In this document: positions 55,824 to 64,000 of the stretch, piece by piece
Position numbering within the stretch: position 1 is the stretch's first letter
Layout of the letters: each line of letters opens with the position of its first letter
Assembly: GCA_964347635.1 (NCBI GenBank)
Contig: CAYFZI010000009.1
Coordinates: 1,039 to 65,038 of the forward strand
From: an uncultured Dehalococcoidia bacterium
GTDB lineage: Bacteria; Chloroflexota; Dehalococcoidia; Bin125
Direction of reading: 5' to 3'
DNA: 64,000 bases
Position numbers and translations under genes: made by a program
The notes under the pieces: generated by a model
The model's database searches: none
Seen by the model: only the letters and a program-made list of their open reading frames with translations
Told to the model about the DNA's origin: nothing

Positions 55824-57101
55824 TCACGCGCCGCTGCGCTCGGCGGCCGTCGCCTGCTCCTCGCGGCGGCGCGCCCGCACCGCCGCGATCCGCCGCCCGT
55901 CCATCGCCTCGACGCGCACCGCGATCGCGTCGATCTGCACCTCATCGCCGACTGAAGGGATCGCGCCGAGGCGGTCAAACAGCAGCCCGGCGACCGTGTC
56001 GTAATCGCCCTGCTGAACCTGGCAGCCGAGCTGCGTCAGCGCGGCCACCGGGGCGCGCCCGTCGAGCAGCAGCTCGCCGTCGATCAACTGGGCCGGCTCG
56101 CTCGCGGCGGCGGCGTCGTACTCGTCGGCGATCTCGCCGACGATCTCCTCGACCAGGTCCTCGAGCGTGATCAGGCCCGCCGTGCCCCCGTATTCATCGA
56201 GCACGATCGCCATGTGCACCCGCTCGCGGCGGAAATCGGTCAGCAAATCGTCGATCAGCTTCGATTCGGGAATCAGCATCGGCTCCCGCGCCAGCTGTGC
56301 CGCGCTCTCGCCGGATTCGTGCAGCAGCGCCGCCATCACATCTTTGGCGTAGAGGATGCCGGTGATGTGGTCGACGCTGTCCTCGTAGAGCGGGACGCGC
56401 GAAAAGCCGCGGCTGATGAAGAACTCGGCGGCCTCCTCGAGGCTGGTGTCGGCGGCCAGCGCGCCGATATCGGGGCGCGGCGTCATCGCTTCGCGCACGA
56501 TCCGGTCGCCGATCCCGATCACCCCGGCGATCATCGCCCGCTCCTCGGCCTCGATGCCCTCCTGATCCTCCTCCAGCACGACTTCGATCGCGGTGGGATC
56601 GGGCGCCAGTTCGCGCTGCGAGGCGCCGATCCGAGCGAGCAGCCGGGCGGGCGCCTCGAGGATCGCCGCGGGCACCAGGAATGCGGCGTCGAGCAGGTCG
56701 ATCGCCGGCGCAAAGCGCATCGCGAACGCCTCCGGCCAGGTCGCCGCCAAGCGCCGCGGCACGGATTGGATCAGCGCCGCGACGACCGCGCCGATCGCGC
56801 CGGTCGCGGCGACCGACGCCCACGAATCGCCGATCTCGTTGATCACGATGTAGTAGACCGCGGTGAAGCCGGCCGCCACGGCGACGGTGCGGCCGACGGC
56901 GATCGAGCCGAGCGCGCGCTCGCGGTCGGCCGTGATCGCCTGCAGCCGCTGCGCGCGGGGGTTGTCGGGTGCGCGTTCGGCCAGCAGGCGCGCGCGCGAG
57001 CGGCTCAGCGAGATCACGCCCGACTCGGCGATCGCCTCCAATGCCAGCAGCACCAGGCTGAGGATCAGGATCACCAGCGCGGCGATCGAGCCCCCGCTCA
57101 C
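55824..57101 (-). CDS. CNNM/HlyC-CorC family membrane protein (DUF21 + CBS pair + CorC_HlyC domain)
   Basis: N-terminal DUF21 TM region, CBS pair ([11 protein letters not shown]...ILYAKDV), then [23 protein letters not shown] and a CorC C-terminal domain. GTG 57101 overlaps the glmU stop (GTGA). Confidence 0.9.
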   Translation of the reverse strand: MSGGSIAALVILILSLVLLALEAIAESGVISLSRSRARLLAERAPDNPRAQRLQAITADRERALGSIAVGRTVAVAAGFTAVYYIVINEIGDSWASVAATGAIGAVVAALIQSVPRRLAATWPEAFAMRFAPAIDLLDAAFLVPAAILEAPARLLARIGASQRELAPDPTAIEVVLEEDQEGIEAEERAMIAGVIGIGDRIVREAMTPRPDIGALAADTSLEEAAEFFISRGFSRVPLYEDSVDHITGILYAKDVMAALLHESGESAAQLAREPMLIPESKLIDDLLTDFRRERVHMAIVLDEYGGTAGLITLEDLVEEIVGEIADEYDAAAASEPAQLIDGELLLDGRAPVAALTQLGCQVQQGDYDTVAGLLFDRLGAIPSVGDEVQIDAIAVRVEAMDGRRIAAVRARRREEQATAAERSGA

Positions 57102-58525
57102 CGCTCACTCCGCTTCCGCCGCACGCGCGGCGCGAGCCGCGCCGGATGCCCCACGGCGTTGCCCTCGGCGGGCACATCCTTGGTCACCACCGCGCCCGCG
57201 CCGGTGCGGGCGCGGGCGCCGATTTCGAGCGGCGCGATGAGCAGCGTGTCGCTGCCGATGAACGCCTCCGCGCCGATCCGCGTCAGCCGCTTCTGCTCGC
57301 CGTCGTAGTTGCAGGTGATCGCGCCGGCGCCGATGTTCGCGCGCGCGCCGATCTCCGCGTCGCCCAGATAGGAAAAGTGGCCGACTTTGACTCCAGCTTC
57401 GAGCCGCGCGTTCTTCAGCTCTGCGTGCGTGCCGATCTGAACATCATCGCCCAGCACGCAGCCGGCTCGAATCGTCGAGTAGGGTCCCACCGCGACGCGC
57501 TCGCCGAGCCGCGAGCCGCTGACCGTGCAGGACTCCAGCGCGCAATTCGCGCCCAGCTCGGCATCGCGCAGGATCGCGTTGGGGCCCACGCGCGCGCCGG
57601 CGCCGATCCGGGTGCGGCCGCGCAGGTGGCTGCCCGGCTCGATCACCGCGCCGGCTGCGGCTTCGGCATCCACATCCGCCCAGGTGCTCGCGGGATCGAT
57701 GATCACCGCGCCGCCCGCCGCGAGCCGCTGCAGCGTGCGCGTGCGTACGCTGCGCTCGGCTGCTGCGAGATCAGCGGGCGTCTCGATATTCAGGCGGCCT
57801 TCAGGCAGCGGGACCTCCACAGCAGCCAGACTGCCCGCCGCCGCGGCGTCGGCGATTACATCGGTGGCGTAGCGCTCGCCGCGGCCGCCGGCGCTGCGCT
57901 CGAGCGCGGCCCAGAGCCAGGCGCTGCGGAAGCGGTAGATCCCCACGTTGACTTCGTCGATCTGCAGCTGCTCCGCCGAAGCCTCGCGCGCTTCGACCAC
58001 AGCGCAGACGCGGCCCTCGGCATCGCGCACGATCCGCCCCATGGCGGCCGGCTCGGCGACCCGCGCGGTTGCCAGCAGCGCGTCCCTGCCGGGCGCTGCG
58101 AGCAAGGGGGCGATCTGGCGCTCGGTCAAGAGGCCGAGGTCGCCGTTGACGAGCAGCAGCTCGCTGCTCTGCACCTGCGCCCGCGCCGCGCGGGCCGCGT
58201 CGGCGGTACCGGTCGGCTCGGGCTGTTCGGCGAATGCGAGGTCCAGGCTCGGCGGCGCGCGCCCGCCGAGCGCGGCGCGAATCTGCTCGCCGCGCGCTCC
58301 GCCCGGCGTGACCACGACGGCGCGCCCGATCCCGCTGGCGGCCAGCGCGTGCAGCACATGCCCGGCGAGCGGGCGCCCAGCGAGCGGCTGCAATACTTTG
58401 GGCGCCGCCGAGCGCATCCGCGCGCCGCGCCCGGCGGCGAGCACAATCGCCGTCGCTGCGGCGCCGGCAGATTGGTCGGCGCGGCGGGGCTGCGGCGGTT
58501 CGTGGGGATCGTCGTCAGCCGGCAA
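57098..58525 (-). CDS. glmU: bifunctional UDP-N-acetylglucosamine pyrophosphorylase / glucosamine-1-phosphate N-acetyltransferase
   Basis: AIVLAAGRGARMRSAAPKVLQPLAGRPL plus C-terminal left-handed beta-helix hexapeptide repeats. Start uncertain: TTG 58525 is used here. In-frame GTG 58594 and GTG 58660 are also open, but 58660 would lie inside the alaS promoter region. Confidence 0.88.
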   Translation of the reverse strand: MPADDDPHEPPQPRRADQSAGAAATAIVLAAGRGARMRSAAPKVLQPLAGRPLAGHVLHALAASGIGRAVVVTPGGARGEQIRAALGGRAPPSLDLAFAEQPEPTGTADAARAARAQVQSSELLLVNGDLGLLTERQIAPLLAAPGRDALLATARVAEPAAMGRIVRDAEGRVCAVVEAREASAEQLQIDEVNVGIYRFRSAWLWAALERSAGGRGERYATDVIADAAAAGSLAAVEVPLPEGRLNIETPADLAAAERSVRTRTLQRLAAGGAVIIDPASTWADVDAEAAAGAVIEPGSHLRGRTRIGAGARVGPNAILRDAELGANCALESCTVSGSRLGERVAVGPYSTIRAGCVLGDDVQIGTHAELKNARLEAGVKVGHFSYLGDAEIGARANIGAGAITCNYDGEQKRLTRIGAEAFIGSDTLLIAPLEIGARARTGAGAVVTKDVPAEGNAVGHPARLAPRVRRKRSER

Positions 58526-58648
58526 AACCAGGCCTGGAACCCTTCGCGGCGTGCGGCCGCCGCTGCGGCGGCCGCCGTGGCGCGACGCTAGCACGTTTTG
58601 GGGCCGCGCGGCTGCGCCGACTGCAGCTGCCGCAGGCGCACACCGCGA

Positions 58649-58654
58649 TATAGT
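58649..58654 (+). promoter_or_regulatory. -10-like hexamer TATAGT upstream of alaS (9 nt before in-frame ATG 58664, 21 nt before ATG 58676)
   Basis: TATAGT matches the TATAAT consensus at 5 of 6 positions, in an otherwise GC-rich divergent spacer. Confidence 0.4.
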
Positions 58655-58675
58655 CGGCACTTGATGGGATCAGCG

Positions 58676-61528
58676 ATGGACGCCCAGACAATCCGCGACA
58701 CCTTCACCGACTTCTTTGTCGCGCGCGGCCACCTGCGCGTGGCCAGCGCGCCGCTGATCGCGCCGGGCGACCCGACGCTGCTGTTCACCTCGGCTGGGAT
58801 GGTGCCCTTCAAGCCGTTCTTCGCCGGCGAGGCGCAGCCGCCGCACCACCGCTTGACCTCGATCCAGAAGTGCTTCCGCACGACCGACATCGATGAGGTC
58901 GGCGACGCCAGCCATCTGACGATGTTCGAGATGCTGGGCAACTTCTCGCTGGGCGACTATTTCAAGGCCGAGGCGCAGGCCTGGGCCTGGGAGCTGGTCA
59001 CCGAGGTGCTGGGGATCGCGCCCGAGCTGCTCGTCGCGACGGTCTTCACCGACGACGACTTCGCCTACGAGCAGTGGCGCAAGATCGGCCTGCCCGACTC
59101 GAAGATCTTCCGCTACGGAGCCGATCAGGGCAACTTCTGGGCTGCCGGCCCGGAAGGCCCCTGCGGGCCCTGCTCGGAGCTGCACTACGACATGCAGCCC
59201 GACCCCCGCGCCCCCCAGGCCGGGCCGGCCGATGATGAAGCGCGCTTCCTCGAAATCTGGAACCTCGTCTTCATGCAGTACAACCGCTTGCCCGGCGGCT
59301 CGCTGGTCGACCTGCCGGCGCAGAACATCGACACCGGCGCCGGCCTGGAGCGCTGGGCGATGATGCTGCAGCACAAATCGAACCTCTACGAGACCGACCT
59401 GTTCGCGCCGCTGCTCGATTTCGTCGGCGAGCGCTGCTCGCTCGAGTACGCCAGCGCCGGCGCCGCACAGCGCCGCTCGATGCGCGTCGTCGCCGAGCAC
59501 GGGCGGGCGATGACCTTTCTGATCGCCGACGGCGCGATTCCCAGCAATGAGGGCCGCGGCTACGTGCTGCGGCGGCTGATTCGGCGCGCCCTCTACCACG
59601 CCGATCAGCTCGGCCTCGATGCGCCGATCCTCTCCAGCGCCGCCGCGCAGGTGCGCGCCGCGATGGGCGGCGGCTATCCCGAGCTCATCGATCAGCAGGC
59701 CCTGGTCGACAATGTGCTCAATCAGGAGGAGGAGCGCTTCCGCCAGACGCTCGCGACCGGCCGCACGCTGCTCGAAGAGCAGACCATCCCGCTCAAGCGC
59801 CGCTTCGGCGAGATCACCGAACGGTTCACCTCGCTGCCGCCGGCCGAAGCCAGCGCCGCCGCCTGGCTCGCGGAGCTCGAACGCGCCGCTGCCGATCTGG
59901 AAATTCACAACCGCCGCATGGGCGCGATCACGGTCGGTGAAGTGCTCGCCCCGGCGCAGCAGGCTGCCGCCGATGGATCGTCCATCGACGGCGCGCTGGC
60001 CGCTGCGCAGCAGGCTGCCGGCCGCATCTCCGGCCAAGAGGCGTTCGTGCTCTACGACACCTACGGCGTCCCCCGCGAGCTCTCCGCCGCCGTCGCCGAG
60101 GCGGCCGGGCTGGGCTTTGACGAGGACGGCTTTGCGGCCGCGCTGGCCGGCCAGCAGGAACGCGCGCGCGAGTTCGCCAAGTTCGGCGCCGACGGCGAAG
60201 CGGCCGCGTTCGCTGAGATGGATGCCGCCTCCGGCTTCTCCGGCTACGAGCAGATCGTGGGCAGCTCCCGCATCGCCGCGATCGTGCGCGGCGGCAAACG
60301 CGCCGCGCGCGCCGCTGCGGGCGAGACGGTCAGCATCGTGCTCGAGCGCACGCCGTTCTACGCCGAGGGCGGCGGCCAGGTCGGCGACGCGGGGCTGATC
60401 AGCGCCGAAGGCGCGCAGTTCGAAGTCGCCGACACCCGCGCTTGGGGCGACGTGATCGCGCATGTCGGCGCGGTCACCGCCGGCGCGTTCTCCGTCGGCG
60501 ATGCGGTGGAAGCCCGCGTTGACCGCCGCCGCCGCGCGGATACGACCCGCAACCACACCGCCACGCATCTGCTGCACGCCGCCCTGCGCCAGGTGCTCGG
60601 GGAGCACGTTCGCCAGGCGGGTTCGCTGGTCGCGCCCGACCATCTGCGCTTCGACTACACGCAGTCGGAGTCGCCGACGCCCGAGCAGCTGCGCGAGGTG
60701 CAGCGCGTGGTGCGCGCGCGGATCCGCGAGAATCTCCCCGTCGAGACGCTCGAATTGCCCTACGAGCGGGCGCTGGAACGCGGTGCGACGGCGATCTTCG
60801 GCGAGAAATACGCCACCGAGGTTCGCGTCGTCGAAATCTGCGACCCCAGCCCGCACGTGCACGACTGTTTCAGCAAAGAGCTCTGCGGCGGCACCCACGC
60901 GCCCGCGACCGGCTTCGTGGGCGACTTTCAGATCATCTCCGAGGGCAGCGTGGGGGCCGGGGTGCGGCGCATCGAGGCGCTCACCGGCGGGGCGGCTGAG
61001 GCTTGGCTCGAGCAGCGCCTGAGCACGCTCGACGATGTTGCCCAATCGCTCCGCGCGAGCGCCGAGGCGCTGCCCGGCCGGATCGAGCAAATGCGCGCTG
61101 AACTGCAGCAGCTGCGCCGCCGGCTCGCCGCCGTCGAGGCTCAGACCGGCGCCTCGATAGCCGAGCGGCTCGCCGCCAATCCGATAGAGGTCGAAGGCGC
61201 CGCAGTGGTTGCGGGCCGCGTCGAGGTCGACTCGGCCGCCGCCCTGCGCAGCGCCGGCGACGAGGTGCGGCGGCGCCTCGATGAGGGCGTGATCGTGCTC
61301 GGCGCGGTCGCCGGCGGGCGGCCCCGCTTCGTGGCGATGGTGACGCCCGGGTTGGTTGAACGCGGGCTGCACGCGGGGCGGCTGATCGGCGGGATCGCGC
61401 GGATTGCGGGCGGCGGCGGCGGCGGCAAGGCGGAGATGGCGCAGGCCGGCGGGCGCGACGCCAGCCGCCTCGACGCCGCGCTGGCGGCGGCGGCCGAGGC
61501 CGTGCGCGCCCAGCTCGCCGACGCCTGA
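58676..61528 (+). CDS. alaS: alanine--tRNA ligase
   Basis: MDAQTIRDTFTDFFVARGHLRVASAPLI..., the editing-domain HTATHLLHAAL motif and a C-terminal DHHA1-like region. An in-frame ATG at 58664 is an alternative (possibly leaderless) start. Confidence 0.96.
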   Translation: MDAQTIRDTFTDFFVARGHLRVASAPLIAPGDPTLLFTSAGMVPFKPFFAGEAQPPHHRLTSIQKCFRTTDIDEVGDASHLTMFEMLGNFSLGDYFKAEAQAWAWELVTEVLGIAPELLVATVFTDDDFAYEQWRKIGLPDSKIFRYGADQGNFWAAGPEGPCGPCSELHYDMQPDPRAPQAGPADDEARFLEIWNLVFMQYNRLPGGSLVDLPAQNIDTGAGLERWAMMLQHKSNLYETDLFAPLLDFVGERCSLEYASAGAAQRRSMRVVAEHGRAMTFLIADGAIPSNEGRGYVLRRLIRRALYHADQLGLDAPILSSAAAQVRAAMGGGYPELIDQQALVDNVLNQEEERFRQTLATGRTLLEEQTIPLKRRFGEITERFTSLPPAEASAAAWLAELERAAADLEIHNRRMGAITVGEVLAPAQQAAADGSSIDGALAAAQQAAGRISGQEAFVLYDTYGVPRELSAAVAEAAGLGFDEDGFAAALAGQQERAREFAKFGADGEAAAFAEMDAASGFSGYEQIVGSSRIAAIVRGGKRAARAAAGETVSIVLERTPFYAEGGGQVGDAGLISAEGAQFEVADTRAWGDVIAHVGAVTAGAFSVGDAVEARVDRRRRADTTRNHTATHLLHAALRQVLGEHVRQAGSLVAPDHLRFDYTQSESPTPEQLREVQRVVRARIRENLPVETLELPYERALERGATAIFGEKYATEVRVVEICDPSPHVHDCFSKELCGGTHAPATGFVGDFQIISEGSVGAGVRRIEALTGGAAEAWLEQRLSTLDDVAQSLRASAEALPGRIEQMRAELQQLRRRLAAVEAQTGASIAERLAANPIEVEGAAVVAGRVEVDSAAALRSAGDEVRRRLDEGVIVLGAVAGGRPRFVAMVTPGLVERGLHAGRLIGGIARIAGGGGGGKAEMAQAGGRDASRLDAALAAAAEAVRAQLADA

Positions 61529-61539
61529 GCGCCCGCGCC

Positions 61540-62025
61540 GTGCAGCGCCGCTGCGTGCTCGGCCTCGACCCCGGCGAGCGTTGGCTCGGTCTGGCCCGCG
61601 CCGCTGCCGATACGCGCGTCGCCTTCCCGCTCGGCACCGTTGACCTGGCCCAGGCCGCCGCTGAAGACGGCCCCGCCGCCGCGATCCGCGCGCTGCTCGG
61701 CGGCGAGCTGGTCGAGGCCGTGGTGATCGGGGTGCCGGTCCGCGCCGACGGCGCCGAAGACGCGCAGGCGGCCCGCTTCCGCCGCTTCGGCGAGCGGCTC
61801 GCCGCCGAGCTGGGCGCTGCCTCGCACGCGCAGAGCGAGCGCCACAGTTCGCTCGATACCGCGTTCGCCGCGCCGCAGCGCCGCCGCCCGCGCGGTGGCA
61901 AGGCGCGCCGCGTGCGCCGCCGCAGCCCGCGTGAGCAGCAGCGCGAACGGTGCGCCGCCCACGCCCGCGCCGCCGCGCGCATTCTCCAGCGCTGGCTCGA
62001 TCAGCAGCCCGCCGCGGCGCCGTGA
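61540..62025 (+). CDS. ruvX: Holliday-junction resolvase-like nuclease RuvX (YqgF)
   Basis: GTG 61540. VLGLDPGERWLGLARAAAD...VVIGVPVRADG...SERHSS..AARILQRWLD follows the YqgF pattern, with an Arg-rich insertion near the C-terminus. Confidence 0.82.
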   Translation: MQRRCVLGLDPGERWLGLARAAADTRVAFPLGTVDLAQAAAEDGPAAAIRALLGGELVEAVVIGVPVRADGAEDAQAARFRRFGERLAAELGAASHAQSERHSSLDTAFAAPQRRRPRGGKARRVRRRSPREQQRERCAAHARAAARILQRWLDQQPAAAP

Positions 62026-62032
62026 GGGCGCC

Positions 62033-63100
62033 GTGAGCTGGCCGCTCAATCTGCTCGCCGCTGTGATCGCCGCGCTGCTGTGCGCTGCTGCCACGCTCCT
62101 GATCACCGGCAGCCCCAACGCCGTCTTCGATTCTGCGCGGTCATCGGCCTCGACCCGCCCGGCGGCCGCGCCGGCCGGCGCGGTTGAGCTGCAGCCCGGC
62201 GACACGGCGGCGCAGATCGCGCAGCGGCTCTATGCGGCCGCGCTGATCGACTCGCCGCAGCGCTGGACGACGATCGTGCAGCTGCTCGGCTGGGAAGAGC
62301 ATCTCGAAGTCGGCTCCTACACCTTCGAGGCCGGCCTGACCAGCTACGAAATCGCCCGCCGCATCCATAACGGCGAGCGCACCCCGCTGCGCGTGACGGT
62401 GCCCGAAGGGCTGCGCCTGGAGCAGATCGGCGAGCTGCTCGAAGCCGAGGCGGTGGTCAGCGCGGCCGACTTCCAAGCAGCGCTGGGCCGGGCCGAGAAC
62501 GCCGCCGGGACACTCGCCGCCGCGCGCCCGCCGGGCATCGGCCTGGAGGGGTACCTGTTCGCCGGCACCTACGATTTTCCGCTCGCGGTGAGCGCCGATC
62601 AGGTCGTGCGCCTGATGGCCGAGCGGTTCGACGCCGCGCTCAGCCCGCAGCTGCTCGCCGCCGCGGCCGATTCGGGGCGTACGCTGCACGCAGTGCTGAC
62701 CGTCGCCTCGATTGTCGAGCGTGAGGCTGTCGTCAGTGAGGAGCGCGCGATCATCGCAGCTGTGCTCTGGAACCGAATCGAGCTGGGAATGCCGCTGCAA
62801 GTCGACTCGACGCTGCAGTACGCCGTTGCCGAGGACCCGGCCAGCGTCGCCGCGTACGGCTGGTGGAAGGCGGAGCTGACACTCGAAGATCTCGCCGTGC
62901 CCTCAGCTTGGAATACCTACGCCGCGGCCGGTCTGCCGCCCGCGCCGATCGCCGCGCCGAGCCTGGACTCGCTGCGCGCAGCGGTCGCGCCGGCCGACGT
63001 GAGCTACCTCTTCTTCTTCGCCCGCGGCGACGGCACGCACGCCTTCGCCGACACCTACGAGGAGCACCAAGCCAATATTGAGCGCTGGAGCGCCGGATGA
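62033..63100 (+). CDS. mltG: endolytic murein transglycosylase MltG (YceG family)
   Basis: GTG 62033 gives the TM anchor WPLNLLAAVIAALLCAAATLLI. YceG motifs VTVPEGLRLEQIGELL, TVASIVEREA, NTY and GLPPAPIAAPS. Confidence 0.9.
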   Translation: MSWPLNLLAAVIAALLCAAATLLITGSPNAVFDSARSSASTRPAAAPAGAVELQPGDTAAQIAQRLYAAALIDSPQRWTTIVQLLGWEEHLEVGSYTFEAGLTSYEIARRIHNGERTPLRVTVPEGLRLEQIGELLEAEAVVSAADFQAALGRAENAAGTLAAARPPGIGLEGYLFAGTYDFPLAVSADQVVRLMAERFDAALSPQLLAAAADSGRTLHAVLTVASIVEREAVVSEERAIIAAVLWNRIELGMPLQVDSTLQYAVAEDPASVAAYGWWKAELTLEDLAVPSAWNTYAAAGLPPAPIAAPSLDSLRAAVAPADVSYLFFFARGDGTHAFADTYEEHQANIERWSAG

Positions 63101-63957
63101 CGGCGCGCGTCGGCGTGATCGGCCGCCCCGTCGCGCACAGCATTTCGCCGCGTTTCCAGCAGGCCGGCTTCGACGCGATCGGCTTCGACGCGCGCTACGA
63201 GGCGTGGGATACCGCGCCGCACGAGCTGCCGGCGCTGATCGAGAGTCTGCGCGGGCCCGGCGCGCTGGGCGCGAACGTCACGATTCCCTACAAGGAGGCG
63301 GCGGTGCGGCATGTCGACGGGCTGCACCAGACCGCACGGTTCGCGGGCGCGGTCAACACGATTGTCAACAACGCGGGGCAGCTGCAGGGCTACAACACCG
63401 ATGTGACCGGCTTCCAGCGCTCGCTGGCGCAGGCCGGCTGCGATCCGGCCGGTGCGCAGGTCCTGCTGTGGGGCGCCGGCGGGGCGGCGCGCGCGGCCGC
63501 CTGGGCTCTGATCTGGCGCGGCGCTGCGGCGCTCACGATCGTCAACCGCACCGCGGTGCGCGCCGGCCGCCTCCGCCACGACCTCGCCTCCGCCTCTGCC
63601 GGGGTGCGCCTGCGCTCGCTCGGCGCCGACGCCGAAGAAGTCCCGGATGCGCTCGGCGAGGCTCAGATCGTGGTCCAGTGCACCTCTGTCGGCCTGCGCG
63701 GCAGCGCCTCTGAAGGGCGCCTGCCGTTCGACCCCGCCCTCCTGCACGCCGATGCGTTCGTCGCCGAGCTGATCGCGAACCCGCGCGAGACGCCGCTGGT
63801 GCGGGCTGCGCGCGCGGCCGGCCGCGGCGCGGTCGGCGGGCTGCCGATGCTGGTTTACCAGGGTGCAGCGGCGTTCGAGCTGTGGACGGAGCAGGCGGCG
63901 CCGACCGAGCTGATGCTGGCAGCGGCCGACGCGGCAATGGTGGAGGGCGGCGCATGA
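63097..63957 (+). CDS. aroE: shikimate dehydrogenase
   Basis: VIGRPVAHSISPRFQQAGF...GANVTIPYKEAA...NTIVN...GYNTD...LLWGAGGAARAAAWAL. The ATG overlaps the mltG stop (ATGA). Confidence 0.93.
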   Translation: MTARVGVIGRPVAHSISPRFQQAGFDAIGFDARYEAWDTAPHELPALIESLRGPGALGANVTIPYKEAAVRHVDGLHQTARFAGAVNTIVNNAGQLQGYNTDVTGFQRSLAQAGCDPAGAQVLLWGAGGAARAAAWALIWRGAAALTIVNRTAVRAGRLRHDLASASAGVRLRSLGADAEEVPDALGEAQIVVQCTSVGLRGSASEGRLPFDPALLHADAFVAELIANPRETPLVRAARAAGRGAVGGLPMLVYQGAAAFELWTEQAAPTELMLAAADAAMVEGGA

Positions 63958-64000
63958 GCGAGGGCGTCACGATCGGCTTCGCGATCATCGCGGCGCTCTT
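63954..64000 (+). CDS. partial CDS, hydrophobic N-terminus (MSEGVTIGFAIIAAL...), runs off the right edge
   Basis: The ATG at 63954 overlaps the aroE stop (ATGA), matching the coupling style used elsewhere in the window. Only 15 codons are visible. Confidence 0.35.
   Translation, partial: MSEGVTIGFAIIAAL

Overview
High-GC bacterial chromosomal segment (roughly 70% by hand counts). It is densely coding: about 52 protein genes, mostly on the minus strand. I found no rRNA, tRNA, CRISPR array, transposase or phage genes. All product names come from motif recognition in the supplied translations; nothing was searched.

Gene content is mostly housekeeping:
- TCA string fumC-mdh-aconitase plus an acyl-CoA carboxyltransferase.
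- hyuA/hyuB oxoprolinase-like pair, then rplY, rlmN-fmt-secG-yvcK and gatB.
- dnaG-rpoD, ppsA, and a long coupled operon: glmS, DUF512, ispH, plsC, cmk, a pseudouridine synthase and a lamin-tail-domain protein.
- xseAB-efp-pepP-aroQ-xerC-topA-dprA, glmU, and alaS-ruvX-mltG-aroE.

Synteny and the F420-type enzymes look Terrabacteria-like (Chloroflexota or Actinomycetota is a guess; it needs a search).

The one clearly accessory stretch is 20.3-24.8 kb. Two tail-anchored, tandem-repeat coiled-coil paralogs bracket a roughly 990-aa secreted FG-GAP propeller protein, with locally lower GC. This is my best candidate for an undescribed module.

Other points worth a second look:
- An in-frame TAG inside fmt at a conserved aromatic residue.
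- xerC lacks a canonical start for its conserved N-terminus.
- TAnnnT hexamers recur 6-9 nt upstream of start codons, suggesting leaderless mRNAs.
- A perfect 12-bp inverted repeat lies in the hyuA leader.
- Families of GC-rich hairpin modules are reused in intergenic spacers.
- Near-identical in-frame tandem repeats occur in the coiled-coil genes.

Long antisense ORFs in the track are treated as high-GC artefacts.
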